NCBI GenBank assembly: GCA_013265495.1
Contig: MU058636.1
Span: forward strand, 8,984,239 to 9,048,238
From: Vicugna vicugna
Taxonomy: Eukaryota
Direction: 5' to 3'
DNA length: 64,000 nucleotides
The notes under the pieces are model-generated. The model searched no databases and was not told where the DNA came from. It worked only from the letters and a program-made list of their open reading frames with translations. Shown here in pieces: positions 26,876-41,146 of this stretch. A program made the position numbers and the translations under genes. How positions within the stretch are numbered: the first letter of the stretch is position 1; the number at the start of each line of letters is the position of its first letter.

Positions 26876-29384
26876 GGCATGCATACCAAATGACAATATT
26901 AATACTGTTCTATAAAACGTCTATCTCAGCCCCTCATTTTAGTGACAAAGAATTTGCTATAATTGCATCCTAGAGAAGAAATGCCCTGAGATCATGGACA
27001 TTTTTAAAAACTATGTTTACTTAAAATCCTTTCAGAGAGCTTTGTATTAATCGAGCTTAATAACTATACATACAAATCTTTTACACAAAACATCTTAATA
27101 TTTTGTAATCAGACAGTCATAACCAAGAAAATGCTCTTTAAAAAAATTCATTTGCTGTAACAAATAAACAATAACTAAGTAAGAAAATTGCAGTAGAGTC
27201 TTTTAGGGCATAACTTTCACAGGCTTTAAGGCAAGTACATAAAGTAGTAGTTAGCAGGATTCCTAGCTTATTTGTTTATGCAATGAGAGCCATTAATCAC
27301 TCCATTTGAGCTCAAGTATTTGCATTTGAACCTCGACCTGGAGCTCCGGGAGAGTAGTATACTTGAAGACTGCCCACATGGAATTTCTTTTCTTACTTCA
27401 ACAAAAAATTCAGTTCAGTTCAAACATTTATTGAATACTCATTAGTTACTACGAGTATAAATTCTTTATGACTAAGTTTTGATTATTTGCTTATTAAACT
27501 CTCAAATACAAAATGAGTGTCAGGATGCAAATACTTAACACTATTGAGAAATGTTAGAAAATTAGAGTCACCTTTATTCATATTCTGAAAGAAATTTTCT
27601 TCCATTGACACACAAATGAAACTATTTCCAATATTTTCCCAGTCTCAAACCATGCCTCTCTTTTTTCTAATTCAGAGGAAAACATTTAAAATTGCCTCTG
27701 TAATACAATTCTGTATCTAAACTAATTATCACTAAATACTTTCTTAATGGCTAGATTAGAGGAAAAGAAAGAAGAAACTTGGCCAGCACTTAGGGTATAA
27801 AAATAGATGGCAAAATTAGAAGGAATATAAATAAGTGAATATGAAGGGATAGTAGAGAAAAGATCAAAGAAAAAGAAATACACAAAGAAAGGAGTAAAAA
27901 AAAACAGATGACAGATGTAAATTGAACATCTAAACATCAGGAAATAAAAGTAAGGAATAAGGTTCAAGCAAAGGGAATTTTAAAAGCCACATTTTTGTGG
28001 AATAATCAACTAATAATAAAATATTTTAGGATCCTTAGAAAATACTTTATATAATAAATCCCAGACAAATTCCATCAACTAGACAATAGGAAGACTGACT
28101 TAACTGTTGTTACTTCTTCCGAATTCAAATTTATAACACCAATGGAGATGACAATACACTCTTATTTTTCTCCTTAGAAATCTGGTAGTCGTCTAAGGTC
28201 TAAGTTCACTTGAGAGAAAGATGGATTGAGGCACAGAACTCTTTCAGTTTCTAATATATTAGTAGCATAAAATAATATAAGTCTGTCTAGCTGTACATCA
28301 AGCCCACAACATCCGTGCATCTGGCCTGCTCTATTAAGGACCCCTTTTGTCTTCATGGGGTTGACCTACCTGTAGAATGAACCTTGACAGACCTAACCAC
28401 AAATCTCTGAAGTCAGATCTGTTCCCCCATGATGCACAAAATCTCATTCTTCTCTCATTCCGGTAGAGTGGCAGAAGTTTTTATGCCTGAAAGTTTGGTT
28501 GTGGGCAGATTCTATGAAGCAAGACAAATTGAAAGACTCATGTTTAAAGGTCAATTATATAAAGATCATTTCCTCGGGTTGTGTTCTTTCCTGACATATC
28601 TCCTCTGGTGTAAAGTAAGGAAAAGTATTTAATTCTTACAATCAAGACATTCAATTCTGCCAAAGTGACGACACTCGGACAGAAGTGCAAGGAGTAAAAA
28701 GAACTCTGGGAGTAAAGACAGAAAATGGTAAACACATGGCTAGTTTGTTTAATGTAAATCCTAACATGAAAAACCTTCTTTACAAAATCCCTACTTGCTA
28801 TGTTAATCTTTTCGTCCTTGCCACTGTCGAAAGAATTTTCCCCTTCTGGTATTATAAATCCTGGATGGTTTCCAAAAACTCCCTGACTCAACAAAAATGT
28901 CTCAAGGCCCTAACCTACTTATAAAGATTTATGAGCGTTAAACAATTAAGGATTTACATATTAAGCAGTGTTTCTCTGCTTATTAAGTTGGTGTGCATGT
29001 GTGTTACTCCCTGAAGCCTGGTTTACATAATATTGTTTTACTGGAATTAACATGTTGAAAATTTCCAGATTTGTTTATCTGAAGTACTGGTTACTGACAT
29101 CCTAAAAACTTCCTGTAAGTGTACTGGCATGCACATTTGGAGTACATTAGAGAAGAAATGTTTCAGCAATTTAAAAAAATTATTTTTGTCAATTAAGTGA
29201 TCAACTAAAATATTAGATACCGAGAGCAGGCAGAGGAACCTATTAAATGGGAAAGGACAGGAAGAAGCAAAATAATGGGTAACACTGAATGAATGGTCAC
29301 GATGATGTAGTCACACCTCTAATTACCTTTATGTCATCCAATCCCCGTAACCATTCAGCTAAGTGATCATTCAAACAATATTTT

Positions 29385-29505
29385 TATTTCTGCTTTACAA
29401 ATGAAGGAACCTAGACATGTAGAAATAAAATAATTTGTCCAGTGATTTCACAAGTAGTTTAGGACGAAGGGAGGATTCGAATTCAGGCATTCTGACTCCA
29501 GCTTC
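29385..29505 (-). mobile_element. MIR SINE fragment
   Basis: ctttacaaatgaaggaacctaga..taatttgtccag..ggattcgaattcaggcattctgactcc resembles the antisense MIR core. Confidence 0.6.
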
Positions 29506-29759
29506 TACAAGTTCACACTACGTGGCATTGGCTCACTTAAATTATTTTCCTGAATTGTACATGAATATCTCTACTATCTGAATTATGCCTTAGCGAGATG
29601 TCAGGAACTCCCAGTACAAAGGCCAGAGTGCCATCCTAACCAATGTTCCAGTTGCTTACACAGATCTGACACAATTCTAGACAATGATACCTCCAGATTT
29701 TCTCAACCTTTAAAAAAATCTTTTTCCTGGTTTTTACTGCGTAACACTGTAGAAAAGCA

Positions 29760-30400
29760 ATTCTGTACTTTTTGAGCCTCATGGCCCCTTTATGCTCTTA
29801 AAAAATGCTCTTAAATAGCACAGGGAACTACATTCAATATTTTGTAATAACCCATAATTTAAAAGAATGTGAAAAAGTATATGTAAGTGTAACTGAATCA
29901 CTATGCTGTACATCAGAAACTAACACGTAAATTAACCATACTTCAATTTTTAAAAATGCTCTTAAAATTTATTGAGGCTCTCAAAGACCTCTTGTTTGTG
30001 TAGGTTCTATCTTTTTTATATTTACCATATCGAAAATTAAATCTGAGAAATTTTTATCTGAGTGTATTACTTTAAGATACAATGATAAACCCATGAGATG
30101 GTAACATAAGTAAACATATTTTCATGAAAAATGACTACATTTTCTAAAACAAAAAAAAACCCAAGAAAATTGGCATTATTTTACATTTCTGGCAAATCTT
30201 TCAATGTATAGCATAATAAAAGACAGCTGGATTGTGTGTCTACTTTTGCATTAATAGCATTCTTAGTTCTGCGTGCACTGATGGTGAAGAATACAATGAC
30301 CACTTGCATAATTGTGGTGCACTGTGTTGATATGCGCTAAGGTACCAAGACTTTTGCCTGTCATCACATTTGCCCATTCAGTGCAAAGGCCAAGAGACCT
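29760..30400. mobile_element. hAT-Charlie (Charlie1-like) DNA transposon relic, interrupted by an L1 tail
   Basis: cccctttatgctcttaaaa..ttattgagg..caaagacctcttgtttgtg..ggcattattttacatttctggcaaatc..agacagctggatt match the remembered Charlie1 pattern. Confidence 0.65.
29816..29951 (+). mobile_element. Very short L1 3' end
   Basis: tagcacagggaactacattcaatattttgtaataacc..gaatcactatgctgtacatcagaaactaacac; perfect 15-bp TSD aaaaatgctcttaaa (29801-29815 / 29952-29966). Confidence 0.85.
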
Positions 30401-33400
30401 CTGATATTTAAATCCCAATCACTTAAAAAAGAAAAAAAACAAACACAACACTGACCAAATGAAGGTTTTGTTTCTACCAGGACACCAATAAAACAGTCAT
30501 GGAAGAAATCATTATTTATTATGGAATGGTTTTCATCATGTCATTTTAATCCATGAGAAAGTTATTGGGAAAAGAATGGAAACCTTGATCTAATGCCAAG
30601 AGCAAAAAGCAGCAGCAATCTTCTCCTTTTCAGGTGGCAGCTGTTTCTTGTAACCAAGACACACGATTTGTTTTCCAAAATAATTGTAAGAACTAAGCAA
30701 TAGCTACGAATGCCTTATGTAAAATTAGAATAGTTGTATTTTTATTTGGTTTGTGGAACTGTACCAAAAAAAAAAGAGATCAAACACTGTCTAAAGGAAT
30801 TGTTTGAAGTCCATTGAAAAAAAAGGTTGGAATGAGCCATTTTATGATGCTTAGTTCTTCTCTTTGATAACAGACTGGATAAAAATCTGGCAGACATGTA
30901 TGTCTAGCTAAAAAGATTGGTGATGGTTATGTGACCAAAAGAGTGTGACCTGGTGATGAGCTGTAGATTGTGGTGGAATTAAACAGCCTTTGTTCTGGTA
31001 GTAATCAGCATCTTTCTTGTGCACAAAACAACCAACCAAACACATCTTTGTTATGACATGATTGTTAAAAGGAGCTTTTTACTCAGTACGCACATACCAA
31101 AGGATCTGAAATTCTTGCAATAATCAAATGGGGTTCATAAAACTAACTTCCCCATTTGTTATTCCTAGAGGGCACTTTCAAACACAGGGCAAATAAAAGA
31201 ATGACTTGATTCCCAGTGGCTAAACCGACACTACCCACTGGGAAACATAAACAGAAGTCCCGCACAGATGTTCTAACAACTTCTTTAGGCCACTGGGCTA
31301 CTTGCCAACCTCAAAACTGAAACAAACAAGTTACGTCAGAGTCCTGCACCATATGTATTTTCTGAGCATCCAGAAAATGTCTCTTCCAATGACATCACCT
31401 GAGTAATGATGGCACCTACTTGAGTGTTTATAAGTCCATCTGCCTCCGGCACCGTGATGTTAAGACTCAGAAACACCCACTTCCGTGTTCCTGGTCCCTG
31501 GCACACAGAAGGAACAACAGAGGTGTATACGTTATATTCCACCAGGGCAGAGGTTTTTCCATTAATGCATTTCCACTGCCTGGAGCACTGGTATCCAGGA
31601 GGCACTGAGTAGATTCTGTTGAACGAATGGCACAGTTATGATTAGTGACCCACCTATTCCCCTACTGAAAGACAAAAGAAACCTGTTCCTTTTTTGTTAG
31701 TTTATTTGAAATTGCGTTTCTCCTCACCATGATTTCCATGGCTTTTGTTTATACTGATTTGCCCCGGCTGGGCCCTTAGATTATAAACTCTTCAAAAACC
31801 AAAGACAATTGTGTTACCCATGTCTGAACCCTGTACATTTTTCTTCACAACAGTAAGCTCTAATGATATTATTCATGGTAAAATGTCATATCCTATTCTC
31901 AACTCTCTCATTTTACGCTAAGAAAATGTTAAATCTATCTTCTTCGTGTCTTACTTTCTAAATCCATCAAAAAGTTAAAAAAAAATCAAATAAGCCTATT
32001 TTAGAAAAATGCAGTTATTATAAGCACTGAGAATGCCCTCTGTCTCCCACCCACCTCTGCTGGCTCTGGCCCAGGCTTGTCCTGAGACATCTCCCTGACA
32101 GACGAGGTCCCTGTGACTCAGGAGGCAGATCCCACAGTCTTCTAGTTCTTGGGCCTCCCAGTGGGTATTACACACAGAAGAGCAAAAATCTGTAGGGTCC
32201 TACTTCTGTGCAATGGCTACCAGGAGAAAATTTCTGTTAATGCTCCGCTATGTTTATGCAGTACTAAAGTTTGATTTGAGTCTAAATGAAAAGTTTAGTT
32301 TCAATACTAAAGTTATAAATATTAGGGAAAAAATGATTTGTGAAAATAGTCTTTACATAGGAGCCCCTAAAACATTTCAGGGAATTGAAATCAGGATTCA
32401 ATATTCAGTTGAATAGGGCAATGTGAATGTGATCTAATTAATTTTCTTATTATCTTCATACTCTCCAGATTGGGATAAGTTTTACCTGTGATTTCCACAT
32501 GGTGCTGATGTAGACCCTCCTATACTAAAACCTTCTCCAAAGAGTTTTCAGCAACCCGAACCATAGAACTATATATACACATACACATATGTATATACAT
32601 CTATATATGTACATGATAGGAATAGAAGTAACAATCACATAACCAAAAATGTGAGAATGTCTTATGAGGAAATTATATACATTGGAATTAGTAAGTTCAT
32701 TTACTGAGTTATGATTATTGCTTTGGATGGCATTTGACTAAAATTCCGTTGTTTTGGCTACATAAAAGCCAGGAACAGGGCAGAATTCCTTCCAGGCTAG
32801 AGGTGGTGTGCCAGCTTCTGTCAGGTTATCTCCGCTCCTTATCCAAGGGCCCTGGCAGCCTCTCCAACTCCCTCCACAGGCTTCTGCACCTGGATGTGAA
32901 CTTCGGGCCTGACAGCCGAGGTGGGGCATGGAAGTCATGGAGTGCCATGGATTTTGCTACTATTGACCAGCTAGACTGATAGGCTGGTACTGTCCCCTTG
33001 TTCATAGAAGGCTACCACCACCTTCATCCATGAGCTCCTTTTTCCTAAACAGTCTGGCTTTATCCTCATCCCACTACTAAGTTAGCTTCCCCAAAGATTG
33101 TGATTATCTTTTAATCATCAAATCCAATGACTGGTGTTCATTTCACATCGTGTGTGATCCCACTGAATCAGTCCACTTCCCCTTCTACTTCTGAGCACTC
33201 CTTCTCCGTCAGCCCCCTCACTTTTAAGCCTAGATCTTTGATCTTATTCTTTTCTCACCCACCTTCCCTTCCTCAGAGACACCATTCATTCTCCCAGCCT
33301 TCACCGAAAAAGTATACTGCTTGGCTTTCCTTCCCTAATTTTCTTATTTCTGTTTGTGGTAGCATCTTTTTTCCAAGCCACCTACACATATTTTGTTCAG

Positions 33401-35713
33401 ATATTAATGTTACTAATTCTTCACCAGCACACAAGTTAAGTGCTTTTCATCTCAAACCACTCCAGTAGCCTCCTGTTTTCCGTGCTTCCATTTCTATACC
33501 TACACCTCGTTCTGAAGGTTGCAATTTATTAGTCCTCTGAAATACTCATCTTTGAGAACTTAGCTCATTTATCTTAAGTAAATAGACTAAATTTCTTCAC
33601 TTCATTAATCACGTTAAATTTGCTCCACACCTACTTTTGCGGGCTTTTGGCCCGACTTACCTTCAGGTTTCCTCTGCTTCAACTGAACTGGTGTAAATAT
33701 CAGCTCTTTCCTCCCTTCATTCAGAGGACTGTCCTCTCTTACTTCAGTGATTACTCTACCTTTAAACTTACTCAAACAGTAACCTTCCGTATACTAGGGA
33801 CATTTCCAGTATCATTCACTTCACTTCCAATTATTTTCACTCATGATGTGTCTTTTTACACACTGTTTAAATACCTTCAAAGACACAAAAATATTTTTTA
33901 TGTCTCTGTTTCTTCATTAAGCAAAGTAGAGAACCTTATATATAGTAAGCGATCAAGAGATTGTTTATCTTAGTGATTTTTTAAACAGTCTGAGTCATCA
34001 TCCAGATATCATCACTTAATCTTCCCTTGTGAGAATAGTTCTCCTGTCCAGAGTTGGGTTGTATTTTAAAGTAGTTTTTCGACTATCTTTTCTATCAATG
34101 CTACTGCAATTCATGCTATCACACACTTGTAGACTGATCTATCTCCTGGGCAGACTCTGAGATTTCATCAGAATGAAAACTGATGAAAGATAGAGATTTT
34201 CCATAAGTTTTTAAAGTCTTGGACTAGACTTGAATTTCTTTAAATCGGTAGCAATGAAATCTTGGAGAGATGGATAGCGATATAGCTCAGAATCTACTAA
34301 ATCTAAACAGCTCAATGACTACAATTAAATTGAGAAATTTGATACGTGAATTCTGTCTTCATGGGACCTAATAATCTGTTATCTGAATATCCAGGCAAGA
34401 AAATACCTCTTTTGTCATCAGGTCATAATTGTCTGGTTCTCCCACTGCCTGCTCGATTTATTTTTAAATACCCTTGATCTTTGTCTTCTTATGAATCTAA
34501 ATAAAATAATTCTTACATGCCCTGCTGGCCTCCTAATGTCTTCTATCCATGTTTCATCTTTGCTGCCAGACAGTTGCTGAGATTTGATCCAAGATGATTT
34601 AAAAACAAGCTGGTTTATGTTTTTAGATAACTCCCTAAAAAGGCAACTCTCAATCCTAAAGTTGTATTTCTTGAGAAACTTTTATTGCATCATCCACTTT
34701 ACTGCACAAAGGAAAAAGGGCAAAGAATCTGATTATGACTTTAAAATAATCCTGCTAGTCATCAATAAAGGTAAAGATAAGAAATAACTTCTATAAAACA
34801 ACATACTGTCTTCTGGTCCTTTAGGCCATTTTTAAAGACCACTTATCAAAAGAAGAGTCAACAGACTTAAACAAAGGTTTTTGCCATTAAGCTCCAGTGA
34901 GGAAAAGGTTCATTTCAGAGGACCACAAAATTATATAAATAGGGAACAAAATAAACTGAATTTAATCTTCAGATGGGACATAGTTAAATTTTCTAAATAT
35001 CTGATATGATAGCATCCACAGTCATTTGGTTTAAATTCATGAATAAAGAAAGAAAGATACCATATTTATTTAAATGGGCTGTGTTCATTAATTATAGAAT
35101 CACATGACTGAGTTGCTATTTCACCTTGGTTAAAGATTAATTCCGGTTGTTCTTAAGCTTTCTTTAAATCTTTTAACTTTGAAATTAAGTGGGAAAAGAT
35201 TATGCCTAAAGTTAATTTCTATGTCATACTAGGGAGGAAGGAAAACTGATTGTACCAAGCAGAAAATTTTCCCCTAACTCAGACATATTGATCTAAAAAT
35301 GAGGACCAAGTAAAAGAAAAGATCCTACTTTTTAAAAAAATTTGAAATTTCTCCGTCCTTTATTTGACTTGGGATAGATTATGAAGCTTTTGTACTGAGC
35401 ATTTCTTTTCTTGGTTTATATTCAATATAATGTTATTAGGAAAAAATTTACCCCATCCAGAGAAATTCATGTGTCTTGTTATTTTTTTCTTAAGTACTGG
35501 CATCTGCAAACTAAGTGTTTAAACTAATTTTAAATTAAACATAATTTATTTTTCCAGAAGAAAAAAAAATGGCATTATTATTTGCTATATTCCAATTTGT
35601 ACCCCCCAAAATTTATGAACTGTCTACTACATGAGAGTGCTTTAATACCTCCAGTGGTGCTCTGCAATAAATGCAAGTAGAATGTATGGATACTTTTAAT
35701 TTGATATATTAGG

Positions 35714-36600
35714 TGCAATGGGCAGCTTCTAAGATGGGCTTATGCTCTTGTGTAACCTCCTCCCAAATTGTATCCGGGTTGGTCCACATGAAAGTAGAAT
35801 ATGGTAGAAGTGAGGTGCTGTGTAATAAAACATTTTCCTAACCTCCCTGATCTTGCTTCTTACATCTCTGCATTTGGCTAGCTATGATTCATATCCTCTA
35901 TAACAAAACATATGATTTTCATAATATAAATGTATAAATATAATTATACATTATAATTACATGTATCTACGTAAACTATAAACATAATTGGAATATTATA
36001 AAATGATGTAGTGCTTTCCTAAGCTCTGTGAATCTTCCTAGTGAATTATTGAACTGAGAGGATAGTAGGAACCCACAGAATTGTAGCCGATTGATCAGAA
36101 GTGCAGACGACCTGACGTCTGAAGTTGAGAGCAGCCGTGTAGCAGACTGTGCCCTGAACTTGTGAAACTTAACCAAACTCAAGGAATTTAGAGTCAGAAT
36201 TGTATTGCATGTGGTATATCCCTTCTAAGAGTGGGTTATAAAAGACATCATGGCTTCTCTGTCTCTCTCTCTCTCTCTCTGGGATGCCTTGATCTGTGAA
36301 AAATGGTTGCCATGTTGTAAACAGTCCTAGCAAGAGTCCCATGGCGAGAAACTCAGATCTCTAGCCAACAGCCATGTGAGACAGCCTTTTGTGGAATTTG
36401 ACCCTCCAGCCTCAGTGACTTTAGAGGACTACAGTCCTGACTGTCATTTTTAATGCAATCTCATCTGAGACCCTGAGCTGGAACTACCCAGCTAAGCCAC
36501 TCCCAGATTCCTGAACCACAGTAACTGAAGGTAGCAAATGTTTGTTGTTTTTAACCACTAAGCGTGGGGTAGTGTGTAATGCAGCAATAAATAACTAATT
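35714..36600 (+). mobile_element. MaLR LTR (MLT1F-like), interrupted by a second LTR
   Basis: cttctaagatgg..cttgtgtaacctcctccc..gaatatggtagaagtga; resumes ggttataaaagac..ctagccaacagccatgtgag..cccagctaagccactcccagattcctga..gcagcaataaataactaat. Confidence 0.75.
35818..36210. mobile_element. MER21-like LTR fragment nested in the MLT1
   Basis: gtgctttcctaagctctgtgaatcttcctagtgaattattgaac..tgtagcc..tcagaagtg..gactgtgccct..gtcagaattgtattg. Confidence 0.55.
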
Positions 36601-39600
36601 TCCTGGGTAATATATGGTTATTTGCATTTGGTTTTAAGATTCAGATCTCTTGTTTGCCAGTCCACCCGGAAGAATAACGTATAGCTGCCCCTTTCCTGTA
36701 ACTGTATTTTTTGATCACCCGTAGTTAGACGTGGTCCAAGCAATGAATCAGCAAAGTGATCACTACTTTCATCTTTTCACATCCCCACTTGGGAGAAAGT
36801 GAGGGGGGCCTCACATGGGGTTTCATCACCAGGGTTGGAAATTAAGTGCCTTACCTCTGCCCACAACTTGTGGTCAAACTCAGTCACACAGCAGCAACGT
36901 AATTTCAAGGAAAGCTGCAAAATGTGTTTTTTATACCTGACCAATAAGGGAAAAATGGGATTTGTGACAATCAGGAGTCTGCCATCGAGTAGAGATTCTG
37001 CTTTCTTTGGGTCTGGTCGGTAGCATCCTCCACTCAAACTCCAACTTAAAGGGGAATCTTCATAATTAACAGAATGTAGGCTAATGCAATAACAGTAAAC
37101 ATCTCTATAAGATGACACTTGTGGGGTATCATGACTTTTAGTTCCTATTTTGGTGAAAATGTTATGTTGTCATAAAACAAAAGGTACAAAATATAGGGTT
37201 GTCTATTTCATGCACTGTTATGTTTTCTGTTCTGGCACACTTGAGACAGTCACAATATCTACATTTATATATGACTTGACTGTGTGGAGTGGGTTGAAGG
37301 ACATTAAAAACCAAGGATGTGTGGAGGGAGGGCATTCTCATACGCACCCAGAGACACACCCAACCTGGACATTTGTTCTGACCTGGGTTGCTTCCAAGAT
37401 GGATGAATCAGTGCCTAATTTCTCCAGTTCCTCTCATCAGTAGGCGTTCACTTTTTTGAACTTTCAGACTTTGCTCAGCTTGAACCCTTAGCCAGTCTTC
37501 ATCATGGGAGTCTGGGCTTAGACGCATCAACATGCAGGAGCAGAGAATAATTCATCTTGCTGCCCTAAGTCTATGCATATGCCTCACTTGTCACCCTCTT
37601 CTCCAATCACATCCCTGCACCGTTTCCTCCCGCCCCCGCCATGCGCACATACATGCCTTCCACATGTGCCCAGTCCATGTGCTTCGGCTTATGCTTAACT
37701 GTAGGTCCACTTGCCACTCTGGAGTTGACGCCTTGGGCTGAGATGTAACCTACTACATTTAAACGCACATATCCAATTTAGTTCCTGTTAAATTTGAATC
37801 TGAAACCTCCACACCCTTTTGGGAGATTTAATTTAGTTAAAATACTGGAGAGAGACCTATAATATATGTATTTCTAGTGCCTCTAGACCTGCTCATTGTT
37901 AAATGCCTCCCTTCACTGGCAGCTGCTGTTGAAGTTGCAGCGTGTCTGAGGGCTGAGCCTCCGTGGTCATGGCATTATGCTATGATTGGTTTTATCCAGG
38001 GGCCTTTGAAAGACTGGATGAACTAGAGATAGAAGAGAGGCTTAAAAAAAAAGACTACTTATTTTTGAAAATTGAATATTTTAAGTAATTTTTGGTGTTT
38101 GTAAGATTTTAAAGAAATTACCGTAATACTATATTTTCACATACATGGATTACTATAGTAAAATGAAGAATACAGAAAAAGATAGGAATGTGTGAAAATT
38201 GATTATGTTAGAAACCAGAAAGGCAATATATATTAGCATAAAACACCTTAACTCATTCTCTTTATATACTCATTCTTTAGCTCCTGGGAACCCTCACTCA
38301 GAACCTAGAATTTAAACTGAAACTTGAGATTGAAAGTTCACTTTGTATATATGGCATAAACCCTGAAAACGAAGGCATTATTCAAAGATCCAGGCTCTCC
38401 CTTTCCCAAAAATCTGTCTGCAACGCTACAGATTGACAACAAGATTGAAGTTTTATCATGTTTTATTAGCTTCTTGAAAAACAGGTGAGGTTGGGGGTGG
38501 AGAAGGGAAAACATCTGTATTAACAAGCAGATTAACAAAACATCTGTATTCATTACCCTCTTTTAAATCTTGATTCATCTAGACTTTTCCATCTGGAAAC
38601 TCTTGATAGCTTATCCTGAGCTCTGCTCTTTATCAATGAATAGATTAGAGAAAGAAAACTTAAAAATAAAACAGCCTCATGGGTTCTGACCTCTTCTATA
38701 AGGGCTCTGAAAATATGCTTTAAACAAACAGGCGTGTAGTATCTCCCTTCTTACTCTCTCTGGAAGAAGAGAGCAGGGGGCCGAAGTTTCCACTGCCTTT
38801 TCTTCGAAGGGCTCTGATTTATCTGCCAACCATGCTTAGCAAAGAAAGGGGGCTGATTACAAAATCGGATCCAAACCTTCTTCTCACAGTGAGAAGCTGT
38901 ATGAATCACTGAACTGAAGGCCTGGGCAAGACCCCAGCTGTTTACGGGCAGTAACTCTCACAGTTGAGATGAAAAGAAAACTGATGCAGAAAAACTTCGA
39001 CGGAAGCAAATGTAACCTTTCCCTCTCTGGCAGTAATCACTGAACGAATTTGGTCTTCACATGAAAGCTGGGTGGGAAGTTCCTCTCCCAAAAAGTTCAA
39101 ATAGAAAACATAATTTTTTTTTTCACTGCAAGTGTTAACTCTAGCTTTAAATCCTCACATTCACATGCAGCTTGCCTTTCTGGAGGGCTTTCCAGCACTC
39201 CATAGTGCTCTTCTTCATTTGATAGAGATTTTATACAAGAAACTTGAAATGAGATGCTTTAACTGCTCCCCCATACTCACTCAAGGGGGCGGGGACCACA
39301 AGGTGAGACGTATTCACTCACAAAAGTTCTGAACACTGTGTGTCTGACATATTGCAGGTTCTAGGAACAGAAAGATGAACAAGAGGGTCAAGAGAAACAT
39401 TCTTTTTCCCTTGTGAAAATGGGACTTTCACCACATCTTTCTCTGTTCCAAAGCTTAGTTCCCATGCTGTGAGCCCGGGGGGGTCACTTTCCTTACTCAG
39501 AAGATTTCTTCCTTCCTTCCTGCAAAGAAGTCTAGAACGTACCTTTTCTCACAGGGCACTAGGACAAAGTCAGCATTGTTGACAACAGAGGTGTTCCAGC

Positions 39601-40235
39601 CCTAAATTTGTGTGGAGGGTGGGAGGAGGTGGGTCAGCTTCTGTTTAGCTTTTGAAAAGATGAAGAGCCTTTCCATTTGCCAAAATGGAATATATTTCTG
39701 AGACACCATTGCCCTTCTGCTGAGGCGCGTGTGGAGTCTGAAGATGGGATGGAGGAGTGGGCTCGAACTCGTCTCTGCATCCCAGGCTTGCCCCACGCCC
39801 TCGGCTGCGGCTGCCTTTCTAATGCATCTTATTCCCCCTTAGGCGCCACCCATGCGTATATTTATTTCTTCTTTTCTTATATTCCATCTCTCTCTGAAAG
39901 AAATGTGGAAATTCCTTACAATCTGTGTAACACCCAGAAGACATAAGTAGGAACAGCTTCTACGTGGGCCCTGTTCTGTTCTGGATGCTGGCTAGCCTCC
40001 CCAAATATTAGGGTGTGATGGAATTATAAGCAGTATCAATAAGGTTCTGTTTTGTTTTCCATTAATTCAAAACACTATAAAGTCAATACAAGAATTAACA
40101 AAACTAGACCTAATTCTTTAATCAGTGCATATTTATTGAGCATCTATTATGTGCCAGGCACTTTCCTGGCACAGACAAGAATCTTCTCTTCTCTTTAAAC
40201 TCTCTCAGTTTAAATCTATGAAATATATTCAGTGG

Positions 40236-40262
<27 letters not shown>
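40236..40262. repeat. (AC)13 microsatellite
   Basis: Direct reading. Confidence 0.95.
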
Positions 40263-40267
<5 letters not shown>

Positions 40268-41146
40268 ACCGACCTATATATAATGCCAGGTTGAGTAGTG
40301 TGAGTCTTATGTTGACTAAATACTACCTTAGAGAGGACTTTAGCAAGAAAGTGGGAAAGACAAATGATGTTTACCTCGTCAACATCCCATGTCAGGTGTG
40401 ATACTCGTGACTTACTTAATTCTCCCAACCAACTTCAAGATCAGTATTATGAGGAAATTGGGAATTTAAGAGATTACAAAGTTCAGTGGTACAACCAAAG
40501 TTCTCCTATATCCACAACTTCCAAACGTCTCCTACGAAGGAACATGGTTTGAAATGGGCATGGTTTGAATGGCCTTTGACATGTGACCTTTGGAACAGCG
40601 TCGGGAACATCATAGGAAAATTAAATGAATGGTGCTCAGTAAATGGGAGTGTCTTCCCTTCCTGGCCACTCTCTGTTGTCATGTTCCTGTCATTCTGTCA
40701 CTGAAAGTAGTATCGCCATGTCCCCAAAGACCCAGGGAAAAACTTAGAGTGTTGGCTAAATTTTCTCAATTCTTTAAACTGCATGATAACTCAGTGGCCT
40801 TATTACTCTCAAATCTTTTTTTTTTTACATAAATGCCTTTTCCTGAAGTCTTTTGATCCTTTCTACCCTTCCTTGACTCACTTGCAATATCTCCCCTGAA
40901 ATACTGAAATCTCCTCGCTGAACCCTCTAGTGCCTGCACCCCCCCCACCACTGCCACCAGTGTCAGACCAGCTGCTGTCTGTGGCCACCCCACTCCTTCT
41001 ACAGTGTTAGATCCCAAAACAGGAGCAAAAACAGTCCTAACTTTACAATGTGCAAAATTTGTTATTTCTTTGTATTTGAATTATGGAATGTGTCGTTAAA
41101 TCCCTAGATGTCACTGCATTTCCACAAGGTAAGTGGGAGAATTTTT

